Source of the DNA: Rebecca billardiae RCC1528
Lineage: Eukaryota > Protista > Haptophyta
NCBI GenBank assembly: GCA_965240325.2
Contig: OZ251223.1
Location: 1,178,001-1,242,000 of the forward strand
Reading direction: 5' to 3'
DNA: 64,000 bases
Below, in pieces: positions 52,693-64,000 of this stretch. The position numbers and the translations under genes were made by a program. Under the pieces are notes generated by a model. The model was not told the origin of the DNA. It searched no databases and was given only the letters and a program-made list of their open reading frames with translations. Within the stretch, counting starts at the first letter, position 1, and every line of letters begins with the position of its first letter.

Positions 52693-53815
52693 CAAGGGAG
52701 TCAAGGCAAGGGAGTCAAGGGTGCCCGCGCCCCAGTGGCGCGCTCGCCGGATGTGAGGATACACCTTTTTGCCCGCGGCCTGCGGCGGGCGGCGGCGAGG
52801 GCGTGCTCCGCTGGCGGGGCGAGCGCACGGGGCACGGCGCTGCGGGCGCGGATGTGCCCGCGAAGCCGGCGCGTGCAGACGGGCTGTTGCGGGAGAGTAT
52901 TCGGCGCCCTCCTGCGACGCGCGACTTGCGCCACGCCTCTTTCGCCTCGGCTCAGAGCAGCGCGCACGCACGCGCCGCCTCAAGGCCAGCCTTGCCGCGC
53001 CGCAGCCGGCCGCGCGCGCGCCGTGCGCGGCGCGGTCGGGAAGGAACGGGCGCTGCTGCCGGGCGAGATGGCAAACGCATGTGCGCACGCCATGCCGCCC
53101 CGCGGCGCCTTGACGAGAGTGTCGTCGGTCCGTTTGCACGCCTTTTCGACTTGTCACAAATGGTGTGCACTGCCTCGCGGTCGTGACCGTTGTCGGGACG
53201 ATCATTGAGACACAGAACAGTGCCAGACGGGCACGCGGGCTACTCTTACATGAATGTTCATCACCGCGTGGTCATGTAGAAGTGCTGGGTGCGACGCTTT
53301 CCTCGCGCTGATGCTCTTTCATCATCTTCTTCGAGCTCAGGTCTGGCTTCAGGCACGGCAAGAAATCAGCACTCGTCAACAGCTGTGCGGATCCGTTCTC
53401 GTGCTCTTTCGCGGCGCCGCGGGGCGGCATGGCGTGCGCCCATGATGTCGCCATCTCGCCCGGCAGCAGCGCCCGTTCCTTCCCGACCACGCCGCGCACG
53501 GCGCGCGCGCGGTCGGCTGCGGCGCGGCAAGGCTGGCCTTGAGGCGGCGCGTGCGTGCGCGCTGCTCTGAGCCGAGGCGAAAGAGGCGTGGCGCAAGTCG
53601 CGCGTCGCAGGAGGGCGCCTGATGCTCTCCCGCAACAGCCCGTCCGCACGCGCCGGCTTCGCGGGCACATCCGCGCCCGCAGCGCCGTGCCCCGTGCGCT
53701 CGCCCCGCCAGCGGAGCACGCCACCGCCGCCGCCGCCGCAGGGCCGCGGGCAAAAAGGTGTATCCCAACATCCGCCGAGCGCGCCACTGGGGCGCGGGCA
53801 CCCTTGACTCCCTTG
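52693..53815. mobile_element. Non-autonomous foldback DNA transposon, about 420-bp TIRs, with target-site duplication
   Basis: About 52707-53120 is the reverse complement of about 53404-53815; ends CAAGGGAGTCAAGG...CCTTGACTCCCTTG; direct repeat (G)ATCCGGG(C) on both sides. Confidence 0.88.
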
Positions 53816-53944
53816 ATCCGGGCTTGCATCCGGCCCCACCGCGCGAGTTTCAATTCTTCAGCGGCGCGCTCACGTCCAGCATCCATCCACGCCGCGCAGC
53901 ACTGCAGCAGCAGGCCTGGGTGATTGACGAGCAACGACGAGGCC

Positions 53945-55321
53945 ATGCTGGCGGCCGCCCTCATCGTGGCCGCGCTCGGCCGAGGCCGACGACACCGGCA
54001 CGAGGAGGTGGCCGTGGATCCATGCCACCGCCCACCGTGCCGCTGCGTCGTGGATACCTCGCTCCCTCCGGGGGCCACCATCTTGCACACGTGGATGACC
54101 GTCGACGAGGCGAAGCTGTGGTGCGACGGGAACTGCACGTGCAGCGGCTTCACGTGGGACATCAACAGCGGCAGCGGCGGCAAGCACGAGCTGTGGTTCA
54201 AGGGGCACGACGGAGGCCCCCCCGAGTGGAAGCGCCACTGGCACGCGTACACCGAGTGCGACCCGAGCGCGTGCCCGACGCTCGCCAAGTCTGTCGAGCA
54301 AGCGTCTCCCTCCGCGCCCAAATCGAGCACGTCGCCGCTCCTGCCGCCACCGGATTGCGGCCACTTCGGCTCCGCGCCAGAGTTCACGCAGCGCGTCAAC
54401 TTCCTGCTCGCCGAGCTCGTCCTCGCGGCGGGCGACGACCCGTCCTCGCGCGCGGCCAGGCACGACGTGTGCGCAAAGGCGGATGACTTGGTGCACGCGC
54501 ACGTGATCTCGTGCATCGGCGCGGAGGCGCTGCAGGCGAAGCACGGGGTGTGCGGCCGCGACGCGGCGTGCTGGCACGCCGCGCACGTGATCGCCGAGCA
54601 CGAGCTCGACATCTGCGAGCGGCTGAGCGCCGCCGACTGCGAGCCCGAGTCGTGCAACGCGTTTTCGCGCAAGGCGGCCCACCGCATCGACGCGTCCGTC
54701 CCGCTCCAGCCGGACCAGAGCGAGGACGGCAAGCACAAGCGCAAGCACAAGGATGCGGCGGAGGGCAGCGGCCGGGGCCACGCCGCGAGCCACGGGCCGC
54801 CGGCGCAGTACATCACCTGCCTCGAGCTCGCGAAGAACGAGCGCGGCGAGGCTGCGCTGCACGACATCTTCCAGTGGGAGCAACCCGGCGTGGACGTCGG
54901 CGCGTGCGTGGCCGCGTGCGGGGACGCGCGCTCCTTCATGCTCGACGGCGAGTCGTGCTGGTGCTCGGTGCCCGGCCGGCCGACCGTCCCGTTGACCGTG
55001 CTGCGCAAGATGCAGGTGAAGGAGACCAAGTGCGGCTGCGCGACGCCGAGCAAGGGCGACGAGAGCCGGGTGGCCAACAAGCTGTGCAGCGGCGAGGAGG
55101 GCTTTGTGTCCCTGTACAAACACGTGCGCGCGTCTGGGCTGGCGGCAGACGAGCACCCCATCGCGCTGCTTGCGCGCCGCGAGCCCCCGCTGGGGCTCGT
55201 GGCAGCCGCGCTGCTGGCACTGCTCGTGGCCGCTGCTCTGCTAGCACTCGCCACACGCGCGGCGGCGCGCCATCGGGCGCGGCGCCAATCCGGGCACGCC
55301 GCCGCCGTATTGTCGGGTTGA
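53945..55321 (+). CDS. Cys-rich type I membrane protein with PAN/apple-like and WSC-like modules
   Basis: Signal MLAAALIVAALG; EAKLWC...CSGFTW...WFK...WHAY module; YITC...CVAAC...SCWC...CG...C.G...SLY (WSC-like); C-terminal TM LGLVAAALLALLVAAALLAL. Confidence 0.7.
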   Translation: MLAAALIVAALGRGRRHRHEEVAVDPCHRPPCRCVVDTSLPPGATILHTWMTVDEAKLWCDGNCTCSGFTWDINSGSGGKHELWFKGHDGGPPEWKRHWHAYTECDPSACPTLAKSVEQASPSAPKSSTSPLLPPPDCGHFGSAPEFTQRVNFLLAELVLAAGDDPSSRAARHDVCAKADDLVHAHVISCIGAEALQAKHGVCGRDAACWHAAHVIAEHELDICERLSAADCEPESCNAFSRKAAHRIDASVPLQPDQSEDGKHKRKHKDAAEGSGRGHAASHGPPAQYITCLELAKNERGEAALHDIFQWEQPGVDVGACVAACGDARSFMLDGESCWCSVPGRPTVPLTVLRKMQVKETKCGCATPSKGDESRVANKLCSGEEGFVSLYKHVRASGLAADEHPIALLARREPPLGLVAAALLALLVAAALLALATRAAARHRARRQSGHAAAVLSG

Positions 55322-56242
55322 GCAGTCGATCGATGAAGACTTCGGAGAGACTCTGCACTGCATCATGCATGGCAGTCCGCTTCGTTCCCGGGGTAGCCGG
55401 CAAGCTTCGTCCTTGAATATAAGCCTTCGATCATCATCAAAGTCACTTACATTATACATATGTCACACTTGAACCGTACCGATCCGGAGTATACGACAGT
55501 TAGTACGCTATTAAAAGTACTAATTCACTCGACACTCACTCACTAATCAGCGCGACTCATTCTGAGTCATCACCGAGCCGCGCAGCGCAGGTGGATCGCG
55601 CTCCAGCAGCTCAAGGCCGCGCTCAAGCCATTCGATCGCGGTTCAGGCTATGCTCTGCCACCAGCGCCGACTTCGTGTCGACCATCGGGCACTGCCGACG
55701 ACGAATCAGGAGACCTGCGCCGTCCTACCTGTGTCGTTAAATCATAGAATGGGTCTGGTCCGAGCTGGGCCGATGGCGATGTGCTCAGTGCGGCCTGTGA
55801 TGGCTGTGTTCAGCCAGGCCGCTGAGAAGATGCTCAGTCGCCCGCGCGCGCAATCGCAAGGCGCACGTGCGCCCAGGGGCACGGCGCCCGCGGCCGCGGG
55901 GGCGCTGCGCACGACGCCGACTACATAGTACTTCCAGACCGGACGGCTGACGACGCGAGTGGCACCGCGACCACCGCTGTGGTGCGTCGGGCTTCCGCTC
56001 GCGGCTCGGCGATGGAGTTCGATGGGCGACTACGCGGGGGAGGGGGGGGGCGCTGAATGCTGATCCTGCTCTGATGATCCTAGTAGTAGTACTAGCTAGC
56101 TAGTGTCGTAGTGTTTGTTCCTGCTGCGCCCGATCTGGTGAGACTACACTCTTCACTCTACAGCTTGCTGCATGACCGTCTCAGAGCCTCTCAGACGCCG
56201 CCTGCCCGTTCGGCCGTTGCATATGCCACGTACGTCGTTAAA

Positions 56243-56484
<242 letters not shown>

Positions 56485-56555
56485 CCATCATGGATGGCAG
56501 CATTGGCAGCGTCGCGTCGTCCGACTGAACCGAATGATATCAGTCGGCGTCATCA

Positions 56556-59500
56556 TCAAAGGATCGCTGCAAAATCGACGCCTGCAAACTCGACCCGCAG
56601 CGAGACGACGCGGCACGCCTCGGCTGCCGTGAGGCGAGCCTGCGAGCCCGCGGAGCCAGCGGCGGAGCGGCGGGCCGGCGCGTCGTCGTCCGCGGCGGTG
56701 GCGCACGCCTCTGCCATCAGCGTCGTCGCCTCCCCGACCGACGCCGCGTTGAGCAGGAAGGCGATCTGCGTGAGCCTCGAGAAGCAGTGGCGCACGGAGC
56801 CGTCGGTCGCGGCCGAGAGCGACTCGGAGATGAGCCGGATCTCAGCGCCCAGCTGGATCGCACCGAGCTCGTTGAAGCGCTTGGCGAGGATGCCCTCCTC
56901 CATGCGCGCGGCGAGCTGGCGCGCGAGCTCCTCGACCGTCGCCGCGTGCGCCGCGGGCACCAGCCGCCCGCGCAGCTCCTCCAGCTTGCGCACGAGCGGG
57001 GCGACCATCTGCGCGGCCGGCAGCTCCGCGTCGTCCGGGGCCGCGCCGTCCGCGTCGTCGTCCGCGAGCGCGCGCTCGTCCGCGCCGCCGCGGCCGTCGG
57101 CGTCCGAAGCGCCGAGCGAGGCGCCGCCGCCGCTCGCGCGGCGGTCGTCCGCGCCCGCGCGCCCACCCTCGCCCGCCCTCTGCCGCCGCCTGCTCGGCGT
57201 CACCTCGTACGAAGCCACCTGCCATTCAAGCAGCAGCCATGCGGTCGGCATCAGGCTCTCGGCGAGCTCGGCCACCGCCGCGCGCACGTGCTCGGCGATC
57301 GCCTCGGCGAATGCGCCGAGCTCGTCGACCGCCGGGTCGGCGAGCGGCGCGTGCTCTCCGAACATCTGCGCCGCGACCGTCCGCACCGCGTCCGCCAGCT
57401 GCGCCGAGTACTCGACCGCGCACTGCGCCGAGTTGATCGCGACGACGCCCGCGTCCGCGTCCGCGTCCGCGGCCACCGGAGACGCGCGCTGCAGGAGCTC
57501 GACCACCTCCGGCGCGAGCTGCCGCACGAGGATCGTCTGCGTGAGCGTCGCGAGCAGCGGCAGCACGACCAGCATCGTCTCGCGGCACGAGCTCGCGCGC
57601 TGGAAGCACTTGAGCACGACGAAGAAGGTGTCCTGCGCAGCCCCCGCCGCGAGGGCGGCCGTAGGGCCCAGGTCCGCGCGGGGTCGAGCGCGCGCGCCGG
57701 TCAGGGCGCGCGCGGCCAGGGCGAGCGTGAAGCTCGACAGGGACCGTGCATGCGCGCGCGTGCGGAGGGAAGCGCGCCACAGGCGGCGCGCGGGCTGATG
57801 CGCGTCCGCGCACACACGCACATACACACGCACACACACGCACACACACCACGCGCGCGCGCACACGCACACACACACACACACGCACGCACGCACGCAC
57901 ACACACGCGTGCGCGCACACACACACGCACACGCACGCACACCTCGCCGGGCACAGCCGCGGGGCGCAGCCGACGCGCCGCCTACGGCGCACAGCGAGCC
58001 ACACGGCGGCGCGGCGCGCGCAGGCCAGGCCGCACGCACCTCGACGAGCGAGCTCACACCGTCCGCCACTTCGGCCAGTCGGATCGCGCGCTGCGCCGTC
58101 ACGCGCGAATAGGCGAGCTCTGCCTGCATGTACTTGCACGCGAGGGCCTGCGAGGCGGCGCGGAGCTTGGCGGCGGCGCCCCCCGCGCCGGGCGCCTTGC
58201 CCCGCATCTGCCCCGCCGCCGCGCCGCCGCCGCCGCCGGCCCCGCCCCCGCCGGGCGGCGGCGCGCGCGTGAGCTGCGGCGAACTGTCCACCTCGCCGGC
58301 GGCATCGCGCAGCCAATCGAAAAAAACAGCGCACAGCTGCAGCACGGAGGCGACCTCCTGCAGCACGAGGTCGAGGGCGAGCACGGCGCCGGCGGCGTCC
58401 GCGCGCTCCGCCCCGCCGCCGCCCTCCCCCGCCTCGCCGCCGCCCGCGCGCCGCGCCTCCTCCTCCTCCTCCTCCTCCGCGGCCGCCTGCGCCTCCGCCT
58501 GCGCCGCGAGCTGCTCGAGCTCGGCGTCAGACTCGAGTGCGCCCAGCATCTCAAGCAGCTGGTTGCAGCCGTCGGCGTGGAGCTCGCTCACGACGGGGCG
58601 CACGAAGAGCTCGCGCGGCAGGTACTCGCCCGCCACCTCCGCGTGCAGGCTCGCGATCAGCTCCACCAGCGCGCACATGCGCGCGCTGTGCGATTTAGCC
58701 GCCTTGACCGCAGAGCTCCGCGCGCCGCCGCCGCCGGACGGAGCGCCGTCGGCGCCGCTGTCCGCGAGCGCCGAGATGGACGCGGCGGCCTCGGCGGACT
58801 GCGCGGAGGAGAGCGCGCTGATGTGGAGCGTCTTGATCACCGCCTCCGTGTACAGCGAGACGCACAGCCGCGCCTGCGCCTCGCGCCCCGGCAGCAGGCA
58901 CAGCTCGCACAGCAGAGTGCGCAACATCTGTCGCTCGCCCGCGGCCGCCGCGCGCCGAAGCTGCGCGGAGAGCGCGGCGCGCAGCCGCTCCTCGGCGCTG
59001 TCCGCCATCTCGCGCAGGAGCTGCACGCGCGCGCGCTGCCCCTCCGCGGCTGCCGCGCGCTCCTCCGAAGCGCGCGCCACGCCGCGCCCACCGCCCTCGC
59101 CGCCAGAGGCGGCAGCGCCGTCGCCACCGCCGAGGTCGTCGCCGCTCGCGCCGAGCGCGCGCACGTGCGCGTTCGTGCGCGAGAGCTCGACGTTCGCGCC
59201 GACGAGGTTGCCCTCGGCCAGCGCCTGGTGGAACCCATCCAGCGCGCCCTGCGCCAGCTCGACGATGCGCGCCGACGCTTTGGACGCGCACACGGCGAAG
59301 ACCTCCCCGCACGCCGCGCGCGCGTCAGCGGAGACGCGCACGAGCTGCGTGCGAGCGTCGTGCAGGTGGGCCACCACGCGGCGCACGTCGCGCTCCTCCA
59401 GAGCGACGTGGACGCCCTGGATGGCCGCGAGGAAGCGGCTGGGAATCGCCCCCTCGTCCTCCTCGACCGCGGCGTCATCAGGCCGCTGCACGGCATCGGC

Positions 59501-59836
59501 CGCCGGCGTGGCCGGCGCGACTGCGCGTGCGGCCGCAGCATCATCCGTCGCCGGGGCCTGACCGAGGGGCGCGGAGTCATGGGCTCCAGGCGTGGGCGCA
59601 CCTTCTGCACCGTGCTGCCCGTCCTTTTGCAGCAGCGATAGGGTGTGCGCCATCGCAGTATCGGCATCCACAGCGCGGTCGAGCCGCGCAGCGTTCGGAT
59701 GTCCGTTCGTGACGGGGAGATGGGCCTGCTGGCTGAGGATAGGCGAGGTGGCTGACGGCGCCGCGAGGGCATGGACGCGGTCGACGACGGCGTCGATCAC
59801 GTCCGCTGCGGCCGCCTGGGCCTCTCCGCTAGCCAT
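56556..59836 (-). CDS. COG4: COG4-like conserved oligomeric Golgi complex subunit; intron 57633-58039 containing a (GT)-rich microsatellite
   Basis: SSLVE|[58 protein letters not shown] match the COG4 C-terminal domains; the N-terminal half is divergent. Confidence 0.75.
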
Positions 59837-59947
59837 CGAGCCAGCTTGTTGTGCTGACACCGCGGCGGGCAGCGTTGGAGCGGCGGGCCGGGGCGCCGCT
59901 CTTGATCTCTGATCAGCGATCGCGTGCCCGTCCGCTCAAGCACCACG

Positions 59948-61195
59948 ATGGCGGCGAACGCCCTGGCCGGAGTTCTGGCGGGATGTCGAGGACGCCTCGC
60001 TCTCGCGCTACTCTTCAGCATGGCTCAGGCCTGCACGGGCCGACGCAACCCGCTCTCGAAGGGCCAGTATACGCTTGAGCAGATGGGGACGTGCTCAAAG
60101 TTCCACGGCTGCCCCGACCTCTCACTACGCAACTCTTCGCTCGGCACGGCGCAGGCGTGCGTGTGGGCGTCCTCCTTTCCAGCGCCGCTGCCTCCAGCAA
60201 TGGTGGACGCGTGCGCAGGGCGGCGCTTCCTGTCGCACGAGCACACTACGCCACCGGCGCCGTATTGTGGCTTCACGTCAGCTGTCGCGCTCCGCTGGCT
60301 AGCCGGCGTGCACGCTGCCACCGCGCACTGTCGCTTGGTCGTCTACACAACCATCACCGGGGGCTACGACCCGCTCAAGGCGGTCCCTGGGGCGCGCGCG
60401 CCTGACGAGTGCCTAGTCGCGCTGGTCGACGAGCAGACGGCGCAGCAGCAGGCCGCAGCTGCGCGCGCGCATCACTGGCTCCTCGTCGTCCTTCCCGACC
60501 CGACCCCCTTCCCGGCGTCTCATGCGCGCTCCGCGCACACGCTCCGCGCGTCCGCGAGCCGGCTCTTCCCCACGGCTGACTGGACCATCTACACGGACGG
60601 CAAAGTGGTCCTGCTCAAGTCGCCGCAGCAGATCGTGGGAGAGCTGCGCAACAAGACGACGCGGCCCCTGATCATGATCGAGCACCCCTGGTCGCTGTCG
60701 TTTGCTAAGGAGTTCAAGTACGCGATGACGCGCATCCGGTACCAGCACGCGCGGCACACCTCGCGCGACGTGCACGACCTCAAGCGCCAGTTCGCCTTCT
60801 ACTGCCGCGAGGGCGCGTGCAACAACCAGCCGGGCATGGTGGACGCGACGATGGTCATCCAGCAGCGCGCGCCGCGCCGAAACTACCCGAGTGGTCGCCC
60901 CGAGCCCGACCCGAGGGCCGTGATCCGCTGGCTGGAGTGCGCGTGGTTTGTGGAGATGGTCCTCTTCTCACACCGCGTGCAGGTGTCCTACTTCTACGTG
61001 GTCGACCTCCTCGGCCTGCGCCGCCACGTGTACATGATCCCGCGCAAGCGGTGGGAGGAGAAGCTCTTCACCATCGCGAACCATGCCTACAAGGAGGAGA
61101 AGAAGAAGCGGAAGCAGAGCGCGTTGGCAGCGGAGGCAGCGGAACGAGACTCGGAGTCTGCTGATGGCGATGGCGACGGCGACGACGGCGCGTGA
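59948..61195 (+). CDS. DUF616 (TOD1/MUCI70-like) putative glycosyltransferase
   Basis: Signal/anchor; VVYTTITGGYDPL, LFP...WTIYTDGK, IEHP, W..E...SHR.QVS..YV. Confidence 0.72.
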   Translation: MAANALAGVLAGCRGRLALALLFSMAQACTGRRNPLSKGQYTLEQMGTCSKFHGCPDLSLRNSSLGTAQACVWASSFPAPLPPAMVDACAGRRFLSHEHTTPPAPYCGFTSAVALRWLAGVHAATAHCRLVVYTTITGGYDPLKAVPGARAPDECLVALVDEQTAQQQAAAARAHHWLLVVLPDPTPFPASHARSAHTLRASASRLFPTADWTIYTDGKVVLLKSPQQIVGELRNKTTRPLIMIEHPWSLSFAKEFKYAMTRIRYQHARHTSRDVHDLKRQFAFYCREGACNNQPGMVDATMVIQQRAPRRNYPSGRPEPDPRAVIRWLECAWFVEMVLFSHRVQVSYFYVVDLLGLRRHVYMIPRKRWEEKLFTIANHAYKEEKKKRKQSALAAEAAERDSESADGDGDGDDGA

Positions 61196-61430
61196 TGATG
61201 GCGACGATGGATGGCTCGACCGGCCAGGCGGCTGAGGCCTCAGCTAGGTCGCACGTCTCGACGACCGCCTGCTATCAGTTTCAATGAGAATGACGAGCCG
61301 AGTCGCATCGCGTCGTCGACCATCATTATCAGCATGGCACCATCAGCATCAGCAGGGCAGTGAGTGGCAGTGTGATGTCACTCAAGCTGGGCCGAGAGTC
61401 GAGACCGTGAGTGACTCGAGACGGTGCGCA

Positions 61431-61478
61431 GTGTCGTAATATTACGCTACGACGGTGTCGTAATATTACGCTACGACG
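61431..61478 (+). repeat. 2 x 24-bp tandem repeat containing the palindrome CGTAATATTACG
   Basis: gtgtcgtaatattacgctacgacg occurs twice. Confidence 0.9.
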
Positions 61479-61733
61479 ACTACTATACGAAGCAGTACGA
61501 CTACGACTCCGCGTGCGAGTGGCGGAGTGACCCGGAGGCCGGACCCGGTCCGGGGCCACTCGCTCGGCTACTGAGTACTGTCAAGGCTACTGTGTGGCTA
61601 CGGCCGTCGGACCGGGACAGAGTACAGACGGTGCTGTGACAGCAGTGAGCGGTGTCGTCAGAGATCCACTGACGCCACGACGATGTAAGCTACTGCGCAC
61701 TACTGAGACTGTTACAGCTAGATTCCAAGGTCG

Positions 61734-63080
61734 TCATGGGTAGGATTCCGACCGGACGAAGGAGGCCGCTGCTAGCGCTTCCGGGGTAGCGGCAGCAACA
61801 GAGAGCTTGCTCTTGTGCTGTGCCCGCCCGCCTCCACCGCGCCGTCGAGAGCTGCCGTTCCCCGACTCACGTCGGCCAGCGCCGTTGTGCACGGATGGCG
61901 GCACGGGCTGGCATGAAGCAAGTGCGCTCGCGTGTGGCTCAGCAGGAGCAGAGGGGTCGCTCTCCCTTTGGTGTGACAAGCCGTTATGCAGCTCGCTGCT
62001 CGCCGCCGACGCGTCGCACGAGTGGAGCGCCACTGGCTGGTCGCGAAGCGACACCTCGGCTGGCGGAGGAACGTCCGCGCTGGGGGCGCTCCCATCAGCA
62101 CCGTCGCCTGCAGCATGTACCGTCGCGCCAGGGTTCCGCAGCTCGCCATCACCTGCGGCGCCTCGCGGGCCGTTGGCATGGCCGTTTGCTGCAGCGCCCG
62201 CTCCCCTCGTGATGCCGCTCGCGGCGTCGCACCCGTCACCCACGTCTGGCGGCAGCGCAGGCGCCACCTGGCTGGTGCCCGGTGCCTGAGAACCGTGCGC
62301 AGGCACGGCTGCGGAGGGCAGCTCGGGCACGGGCACCGACGGCAGCTCAGGATCAGCGGCTTCTCGGTCGGTCGACGGCCGAGTCCTGTCAGCGGCCTCG
62401 GGCGTTCTGAACTCGAGCTCGGTGGAGTCCGTGCTGGCTGCGCCCTCGCGACGGCCTCGGAAAGGGCTCGCAGTCTCATCTGTTGCGCCGGATATTCTCT
62501 TCTCCTCCCCGACGACGGCATCGTAGTACTTGGCCTCCCCCTCGCCCTCCGTCTCATCGGCCCACTCGCCCTCGTCCTCGTCCTCGTCCTCGTCGATACC
62601 CTCAAACTCAGAGCCTCGGTGCGGGACCTCGAACGGCTCGTATGGCATCCACGGGTCGTGCGACGTCGGCGTGTCGCTGCTGAACGCGGAAGTGGCCTCG
62701 GCCAGGGTGCTCTCAAGGACTTGCATCAGCTCCATCATGCGCTCGATGTTCATATTGTGCATATCTGCCGCGCGTGGGGTCGTGCTGGAGAAGCCTGACG
62801 ACTGCCTGGAGAAGGAGCCGCGCGCGGACAAAGGTCCGGAAAAAGCCGTCGACTCGGCGAGCATCCCCTGCAGGTCGTCATCCTCGAGCTCGCTCGTCCG
62901 GGTGACCTCCTCGACACCCATTGCTGTCGAAGGCGAGGGCGTGGACACCTGCAGCTGGGTTTGCAGCCGCTGGTGGACATCCATGGACTCGGCGACAAGC
63001 TTCTCGAGCTCTTGCATCGTGCGCGGCGATGTGTGCGTGGCTTCGGTCGCCTCCCTGATGGGCTCCAGCTCGTCGGCCAT
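61734..63080 (-). CDS. Hypothetical acidic, largely disordered protein
   Basis: ORF from MADELEPIRE with short coiled-coil-like segments and D/E tracts; no recognisable domain. Confidence 0.55.
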   Translation of the reverse strand: MADELEPIREATEATHTSPRTMQELEKLVAESMDVHQRLQTQLQVSTPSPSTAMGVEEVTRTSELEDDDLQGMLAESTAFSGPLSARGSFSRQSSGFSSTTPRAADMHNMNIERMMELMQVLESTLAEATSAFSSDTPTSHDPWMPYEPFEVPHRGSEFEGIDEDEDEDEGEWADETEGEGEAKYYDAVVGEEKRISGATDETASPFRGRREGAASTDSTELEFRTPEAADRTRPSTDREAADPELPSVPVPELPSAAVPAHGSQAPGTSQVAPALPPDVGDGCDAASGITRGAGAAANGHANGPRGAAGDGELRNPGATVHAAGDGADGSAPSADVPPPAEVSLRDQPVALHSCDASAASSELHNGLSHQRESDPSAPAEPHASALASCQPVPPSVHNGAGRRESGNGSSRRRGGGGRAQHKSKLSVAAATPEALAAASFVRSESYP

Positions 63081-64000
63081 CGCCCCCCGGCGCGCCCGCA
63101 GTTGGGGCGTGGGGCGATAACCCGCAGCAGCAGCCAAAGGCCGCCTGATGGCTGGAGAGCTGTCCGGAAAACAGCCGCTGGGCAGGCGCTGGCTGCCCGG
63201 CTTTATTCGTTGCCGATTGAACTCACATAGGATTCAGGCTACTCGTGGCCGCTCAGATTGCTTTCAAGGAAAGCATCAGAACGCGCAGTCCGGAGCAGAC
63301 ATCCACTTGCCGACTTGCGGACTTGCCGGACCTCCGCCCTTGGCTTTTCGCCGCGCCCGGCGTCGCCGTCGGTACTGCTGTGCCGTCGAGTTGCCCGGTA
63401 GAGGCGCCACGGTGTACGCGCGGCTGCCTGAATGGGTGTGTCCGTGTGTAGCTCCATTCTATGCCATGTGCTCGGTTGGTCATCGAATGCGCCGCTCCTG
63501 CAACCAGCAGGCACGCATGCGGACGGCGCCTGAGATTGAGTGAGATCGTCTCAAGGAGAGCGAGGCTGCAGCTCATCAAGACGAGGGCCAAATCGCAGGC
63601 GTTCAATCCCGCCCGACCCTGCGCTCGTGATCATGCATTGCCCCTGCTACACGCGAGTCTTCTACGATTGCCATCACACAAGAAGGCGCGGCTCATGTCA
63701 GTCAGCGCAGGGGACACTTCCACGGGAGAGCTTGCACAGGGCTGCCGGTGCGCGCTGGTGGCAGACACAGGCCAGCGGGCACGGCGGATTCAGCGTGGAA
63801 GTGTCAAAACAGACCAAACGTGCTGCGGTGCAGAATGGGGCATCGCACACTCCTCAGCCGCGCGCGCACCGCGCTGGTGGCGCGGCCGCCGTGTTGCGCC
63901 GCGGTGCCCGGCGACGGCCGGCGGCGCTTGCCCGGGTGGGGAGCTGAGATTCAAGCGAGCGCGCAATCTGTTGCGCTGCTAATAAATTGAGATGAACGGA

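Noticed and set aside
52543-53205. N-terminal extension of the 2063-aa ECM29 ORF
   Set aside because: It runs through the transposon arm; ECM29 homology starts at the ATG at 52542.

Overview
Very GC-rich eukaryotic genomic DNA with short spliceosomal introns. The GC content, one GC-AG intron and bipartite plastid-targeting-like presequences suggest a complex-plastid alga such as a haptophyte (inference). About 20 protein-coding genes can be supported, many in tight head-to-head pairs: a MOV10/SDE3-type RNA helicase, an NAD-dependent epimerase/SDR, PEX10, a D-2-hydroxyacid dehydrogenase, a saposin/Canopy-like ER protein, a Fer4 ferredoxin-domain protein, two WSC-domain membrane proteins, a YqgE/AlgH protein, an SGNH/PC-esterase-like protein, AHA1, glucosidase I (MOGS), a ChAPs/Bch1-like protein, ECM29, a COG4-like protein and a DUF616-like glycosyltransferase. 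The most striking feature is a family of three intronless Sel1-repeat + MYND-finger genes. Their 108-bp repeat units have a nearly invariant scaffold but about 8 hypervariable codons, different unit counts (10 vs 15) and a mosaic paralog, which resembles a diversifying repeat-receptor system. Several small mobile or repeat elements were found by eye: a 1.1-kb foldback transposon with a target-site duplication, a TA-flanked MITE, a probable retroposon 3' end that precedes microsatellites, and short dispersed motifs. Most long ORFs in the supplied track are GC-driven shadow or antisense frames. All family assignments are from motif recognition; no database searches were run.
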